Assembly (NCBI GenBank): GCA_010093995.1
Contig: ML992513.1
Coordinates: forward strand, 617,203 to 681,202
DNA length: 64,000 nt
Reading direction: 5' to 3'
DNA from: Elsinoe ampelina
Taxonomy: Eukaryota
A program made the position numbers and the translations under genes. Of this stretch, positions 59,408 to 64,000 are shown piece after piece. A model generated the notes under the pieces. It saw only the letters and a program-made list of their open reading frames with translations. It ran no database searches and had not been told where the DNA came from. The number at the start of each line of letters is the position of its first letter. The first letter of the stretch is position 1.

Positions 59408-62400
59408 TCAATCTACCTTATCACCACCACCGCTGCTGTCCCGTAACCTCTGTTTGCCCTTGGCTAGCCATCCTTTGGCACCCGTGATACCCTTCCCACC
59501 AAGCTTCCCAGCCGACGACAAGAAATCCTTGCCCATGGCTTGCATCTTCTCCGCGTTCACGCTTGACTGAGGAGAGTGACCCGAGAAGTTGTTCGAGGTG
59601 CGACGTGTTGGCTGCGAGGTTGATTGTCCATCCGTGTTCGAGGGTGATGAGGGACCATCTCCTTTAGAACCGAAACCTTTTGCCATTTTGATGATGCTAG
59701 GGGTTTGGCGGTGACGCGAAGTGCCAGTAGGCTGTCCTCCAGGAACAACACTTGCATTCGTGTTCGTCAGATAGTTGAGCTCGGGATTGGCGGCGATTGT
59801 AGTGCTTAGCCAACCCTGAAGACCAGTGTTCATGTCGGCGAATTGCTTCCGGGTGACATGGTACTTCTCAATTCTTTCAGGGGCAGATTTGATATTCGCG
59901 ATCTCTCGGAAAGAAGCGATTTTGGCCGAAGACTTTTCAATCGTATCTGGAAGTGGCGCATCCACGATTGGCTCGGGCTGACTTCTTGAATTTGCCTCAG
60001 TTGATGATCTTTCGAGTTGACCAGCACCAATGGGGGATGGTGGGTTCTCTGACGTTGATGGTCGACCATCTTCGGCATTCGCGACAGGGGATACTGGGCT
60101 ACGTCCATCAGGTACAGGTGTCGCTGATGATGTCGACAGTCGACGCTGGAGGCCACTGTCCTCCGATGCTCTTGTCGTTTCGACCATAGGAACCTCCTGA
60201 TTAGTCACGTGCAGGCCTGACTGGGGAAGATCGACCTCAGACGCCAGACCGGAGGGATTAATCGACGAGGTTGGCTTGCTCTCCCAGCTGAATCGCTTGT
60301 TGAGCAGTCCTGGACCAGCGGCGACTTCGGGGCCAGATCCATCTAGTTCAGCTACCTCTGGCAGATCCGAAACGGCCTGCGCAGTACGAAGTGGAGAGGA
60401 CTGAGTAGGCTGAACCTTGTCCGAGTTCTGCTCATCCCGAACAGTGTCCGGGCTATTGAGTATCGTCTGATCGTGGATCCGATCATTTGTGCCTCGCTCC
60501 TGCGCCTGTGGCGTGAGACTGCGAACGATCTCGCGCCGCAAGCGATCACTCTCTACAGAGTCCGGCTCCTCGTCCGAGCCTTCCCATGAGTCCCTTGAGT
60601 CTCGTTTGGATCGATCGGCGAAGTACGCACTGCGTGTCTCTGGCTCATCGATTGTAGGTGTGTCTTTGGCAGGTGGGCTTGGAGCACCGCTTGATGCCAC
60701 TGATGACGCTGTGCGTTGGAATTCCAGGGGTCTCATATACACGTCACCAATCGAGCGTTTTGGTTGATCGTCGGCTGTTGGCGGCGCTTCCTGCTTGGGA
60801 GCTGCAAAATCGCGTGCTTGATGAGAAGTGCCAACACTCGTGGTCAATGATGCAGCAAGAGCGGCGCCTGCAGCCTTGAGAGCATCGGCAGGGCCACTCG
60901 AGGCGGTCTTTGTACTTGCGCTGCGATCAACTTGAGCAGCTCTGGGGGTGAAGTCAACCTCTGAAGGTGTCGAAGGGCCTGAAGGGACAGTTGGTGTCTT
61001 TGGCAGATCCTTCTCCTCTTTCGTTGATGCCAGACTACTGGACTGAATGACGACCGGCTCGTTACGTAGGTCAGTCGTGGAAATCCATTCGCCAGGTAGA
61101 TGGGGTCGGAAGCTGGGCTGTGGATTGTATGTCGGACGCTCAAGCTTCTCACTGGAAGTGCCGACCGGTGAAGCAGCGACAGGTGGCTCAGGAGATGCGT
61201 GGCCCGAACCAGATCTGGACTTTTGACGTAGCGAAGAAATGCTTGTCTTAGACTTGATCGAGGCCGAGGAGTTGCGGCGGGATTCTTCGTGAATGTCGTT
61301 GTACTTACCTGCCAAATCTCGCACTCTGCTTCCTCCGGCTCCTGGAAATGGAGATCTCCGACCCTCGACAGGAGATGTGAGCGGTGTGCTTGAACGCGAT
61401 CCTCCCCGAAGTGTCACAGGGGTTTCAGCAGTGGGTGACTTGTTGTCGGACGATCTAGGCGGTATGGGAAATACAGGCGTAGCTCTGTCGGACATGGCGC
61501 TGGTAGGATATGTAGCTTGAGAATAGTTGGATGTAGCACTCGGAGGTTCTGCGATCTCGTCTTCTTTGACCTCGGCAGCTAGAGGTTGCGACAAGCGCCG
61601 CGTGCTGGTGGTCTCGAGTCGTGGCGAACGTGCCGGGCTTGCTTGCGGACTGGGCGTGCTGACCTTCCTCGTGTGTCCTGGTATGAAGCCTTCGGAGCCC
61701 TGTGGTGAGTGTGTCGAAGCCATTGTTGCGCTCTGTCGATTTGCAGACCTCGGCGGTGGCTCGAGAGGAATTTCCTCGGAAATATTTGACATGGCTCTTT
61801 CTCGGTTCATTGCAGCTACCCGGCCACGTGATTCATCAGTGGTAGAGCTGGGCACTCTGCTCATGATGGGGCTGATACCGGTCGTGCTTTCGGAATTACT
61901 GCGTGACAGGTCGTCTTGCGTCTTTTGGGAATTTCTTGCAGAGATCGGGGTCGGTGGCACGGAGTTGTCATCTGGTCGATCGAAGGCTCTATCTACGATA
62001 GACTGGAAGCCATCAATCGATGACCGGGGCATGTCGTCGGGTAAGGTGGGTGCTGCATTCACCGGAGCATTCGTGAATGCAGGTCCTGCTGATGCTCCGG
62101 TCTGTGAAGGGGCCGTACTCTGCTGCGGAGGTGGAGAAATCTCCGTCTTCCTGTCGATCGATGGTATAGGTGGTACCGGTGCATCTGTGCCAACCTTCTT
62201 GCTCGAAGCAGAATCGATGGAAGGCCTTGACGACTCTTGAGACTGTCGCTCTCTCTCACGCTCCTGCTCCATCCGCTTGTAGATGTCTGAGGGTCTAATG
62301 AAAGGTATCGCGGCCGGGGCTTTCCCACCGCTTCCGTTGTCCACATCCTCTTCGTTGCTGGAGACTGGTGCTGGTGCACGACTGGCCACAGGTGATTGTG

Positions 62401-62839
62401 TTGCTTTCAAGGGGGCAGGTGCATATGCCGGCTGGGAGAAGTCCCTTCGCTGCTGCTGTGGTGGACCTCGTTGGTATTGTCCTGGAGGACCGGTGCCTGC
62501 AGAGAATGCTCGTCTTTCTTCACCTCTGTCGAAAGAATGCTGACGCGGGCGTGGATTCTGGGGAGGACCTGCCGGATCGTCATAATTGCCGTACTCGTCG
62601 TATGGGTCGAAGCCACCCCATTCGTCTCCGTCGTAATTGTGCTGCTTAGCTTCGGCCCATTTCCTCGTTTTGTTTCTGTTCACGTTGGTCTTGAAGTTTG
62701 GTGGAGGGCCAGAAGATCCTGCTTGAGGAGGCCGATCGCTGAGGAACAGATTAGCAATTCTTCTAATAGGTGTTGTTAGGGCCACGTACAAAGGAGACGA
62801 AGGCCTCTCGTCGGCGAAATTATAGGCTGGACGCGACAT
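59408..62839 (-). CDS. FYV8-like low-complexity protein
   Basis: N-terminal FKTNVNRNKTRKWAEAKQHNYDGDEWG, FIRPSDIYKRM, ESDRLRREIVRSL, LNKRFSWE, ERIEKYHVTRKQFADMNTGLQGWL. Probable in-frame intron 62739-62789. Confidence 0.75.
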   Translation of the reverse strand: MSRPAYNFADERPSSPLYVALTTPIRRIANLFLSDRPPQAGSSGPPPNFKTNVNRNKTRKWAEAKQHNYDGDEWGGFDPYDEYGNYDDPAGPPQNPRPRQHSFDRGEERRAFSAGTGPPGQYQRGPPQQQRRDFSQPAYAPAPLKATQSPVASRAPAPVSSNEEDVDNGSGGKAPAAIPFIRPSDIYKRMEQERERERQSQESSRPSIDSASSKKVGTDAPVPPIPSIDRKTEISPPPQQSTAPSQTGASAGPAFTNAPVNAAPTLPDDMPRSSIDGFQSIVDRAFDRPDDNSVPPTPISARNSQKTQDDLSRSNSESTTGISPIMSRVPSSTTDESRGRVAAMNRERAMSNISEEIPLEPPPRSANRQSATMASTHSPQGSEGFIPGHTRKVSTPSPQASPARSPRLETTSTRRLSQPLAAEVKEDEIAEPPSATSNYSQATYPTSAMSDRATPVFPIPPRSSDNKSPTAETPVTLRGGSRSSTPLTSPVEGRRSPFPGAGGSRVRDLAGKYNDIHEESRRNSSASIKSKTSISSLRQKSRSGSGHASPEPPVAASPVGTSSEKLERPTYNPQPSFRPHLPGEWISTTDLRNEPVVIQSSSLASTKEEKDLPKTPTVPSGPSTPSEVDFTPRAAQVDRSASTKTASSGPADALKAAGAALAASLTTSVGTSHQARDFAAPKQEAPPTADDQPKRSIGDVYMRPLEFQRTASSVASSGAPSPPAKDTPTIDEPETRSAYFADRSKRDSRDSWEGSDEEPDSVESDRLRREIVRSLTPQAQERGTNDRIHDQTILNSPDTVRDEQNSDKVQPTQSSPLRTAQAVSDLPEVAELDGSGPEVAAGPGLLNKRFSWESKPTSSINPSGLASEVDLPQSGLHVTNQEVPMVETTRASEDSGLQRRLSTSSATPVPDGRSPVSPVANAEDGRPSTSENPPSPIGAGQLERSSTEANSRSQPEPIVDAPLPDTIEKSSAKIASFREIANIKSAPERIEKYHVTRKQFADMNTGLQGWLSTTIAANPELNYLTNTNASVVPGGQPTGTSRHRQTPSIIKMAKGFGSKGDGPSSPSNTDGQSTSQPTRRTSNNFSGHSPQSSVNAEKMQAMGKDFLSSAGKLGGKGITGAKGWLAKGKQRLRDSSGGGDKVD

Positions 62840-64000
62840 TGCTGACCGTCACTCGGCTTAAGCCTGGGCCTTTGATGTTGTCGCGACAGTCAAGTCGCTT
62901 TGCTAGCAAAGCATTGCCGAATGTGCAAGATGTCTCGTGAGGCACGACCGCGATATGATGCGAATTCGCAATGACGCGCCGGGTGCAGCTAAAGCTTTGT
63001 ACCGGCGCACTTCTGCCAACGGCTGGTGGAGAGAAGAGCAAGAATCGAGACGTGCCAAACACGAACTACGGTCGAGGATGAGCAGATTGAGGAAAAGGGG
63101 TATGGCTGATCGGAGGGAGTGATCCAGATTGCAAGACAGAATGTCTAGGGCGAAGCCGAGGATCATGGAGGTGCTGGTCGTACAGAAACCGGGACAGCGA
63201 AGCCTTCGGGGCAAGCTCCAGCCGCAAAGCCGCGTGAACTGGGAAGATGCCCGCTGTCCACCTCATGAGCCACAGACGGACTGACGTCTTCTTCTCCAGA
63301 TGACCCACTGCAAAACGAAGAAGGATTGGAGAATTCGCCCGGACCACTGTCGATCTCGAGATTCATGTGCTATTTTTGCCTAACTCTACGAGTGTTGTCT
63401 TTCCAAGTCCCAAGTGAAGGACCACAAAGAGGATAGCTGTGGAACTCATGGTCGTCGTCACCACGGTGTGTCCATACCTTATGCTCGCTACCAGAACTGC
63501 ACTTACCAACCAATCTATATGGATAATTCCAAGGCACCGCCGGGGAGCGTGCGTGTCACTTGTATCTCAAGTTTCGCCTCCACCTCCCGTTTCTGCAAAC
63601 AAAATGTCCGAAAAGAAGGTCTCGGCAACTCCCGAAGCCGGCTCGTCAATGTTTCCACGTTCGGCATCAACTGTTGAAGCCAGACTTCACCTCCGAACGA
63701 CAATCGACATCACAACATTTCTCAACGACCGCACTCTCGACGACTCTTGACTTTGAGAGCAGCGCTGTAATCCGCCCGCTAATTTTCTACACATTCCACG
63801 CGCGACAATAATCTGGAGATCGCGACTCCGACTAGGGGTATCCTCCAGGCCGCAGTCAATCCTCAACTCCTGCAACGATCTGTGACCGCACCAATTTGGA
63901 CACGGCGCAGAAGAGTTCTTCCTTCATCTTCGCCGTACTCGGTCTCCCCTCGGACTTGTCGGCACGATGGGTACCGCCTCTATCCAAGACCGCACCCCAG

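Noticed and set aside
63604..64000. Short ORF MSEKKVSATPEAG.. and an ATG near the window end
   Set aside because: The ORF stops after 48 codons with no motif. It may be a uORF or the 5' region of a gene outside the window.

Overview
Eukaryotic, intron-containing DNA from a filamentous ascomycete (Pezizomycotina; black-yeast/Chaetothyriales is only a guess). Introns are short (mostly 41-55 nt, GT..CTRAY..YAG). Core genes: cytosolic Asp-tRNA synthetase, GH27 alpha-galactosidase, Zn alcohol dehydrogenase, lipoyl synthase, a double-Myb Tay1/Teb1-like protein, RPS4, a flavin-only cellobiose-dehydrogenase-like GMC enzyme, SLA2, a SelK-like protein, ERG4 and a FYV8-like protein. Interleaved with them are (i) eight highly diverged F-box-like paralogues in three clusters, seven sharing one phase-1 intron; (ii) a probable remote UFL1 (UFM1 E3 ligase) homologue in a lineage thought to lack UFM1; (iii) two accessory blocks with kinases, an APH-like phosphotransferase, a PD-(D/E)XK nuclease-like gene and a Mug135-like gene; (iv) about nine sharp C-rich to G-rich skew switches that ignore gene boundaries; (v) two adjacent giant ORFs that one 339-nt intron could join in frame. 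All gene models were spliced by eye and family calls come from remembered motifs. No searches were run. I saw no rRNA, tRNA, CRISPR array or intact transposase.
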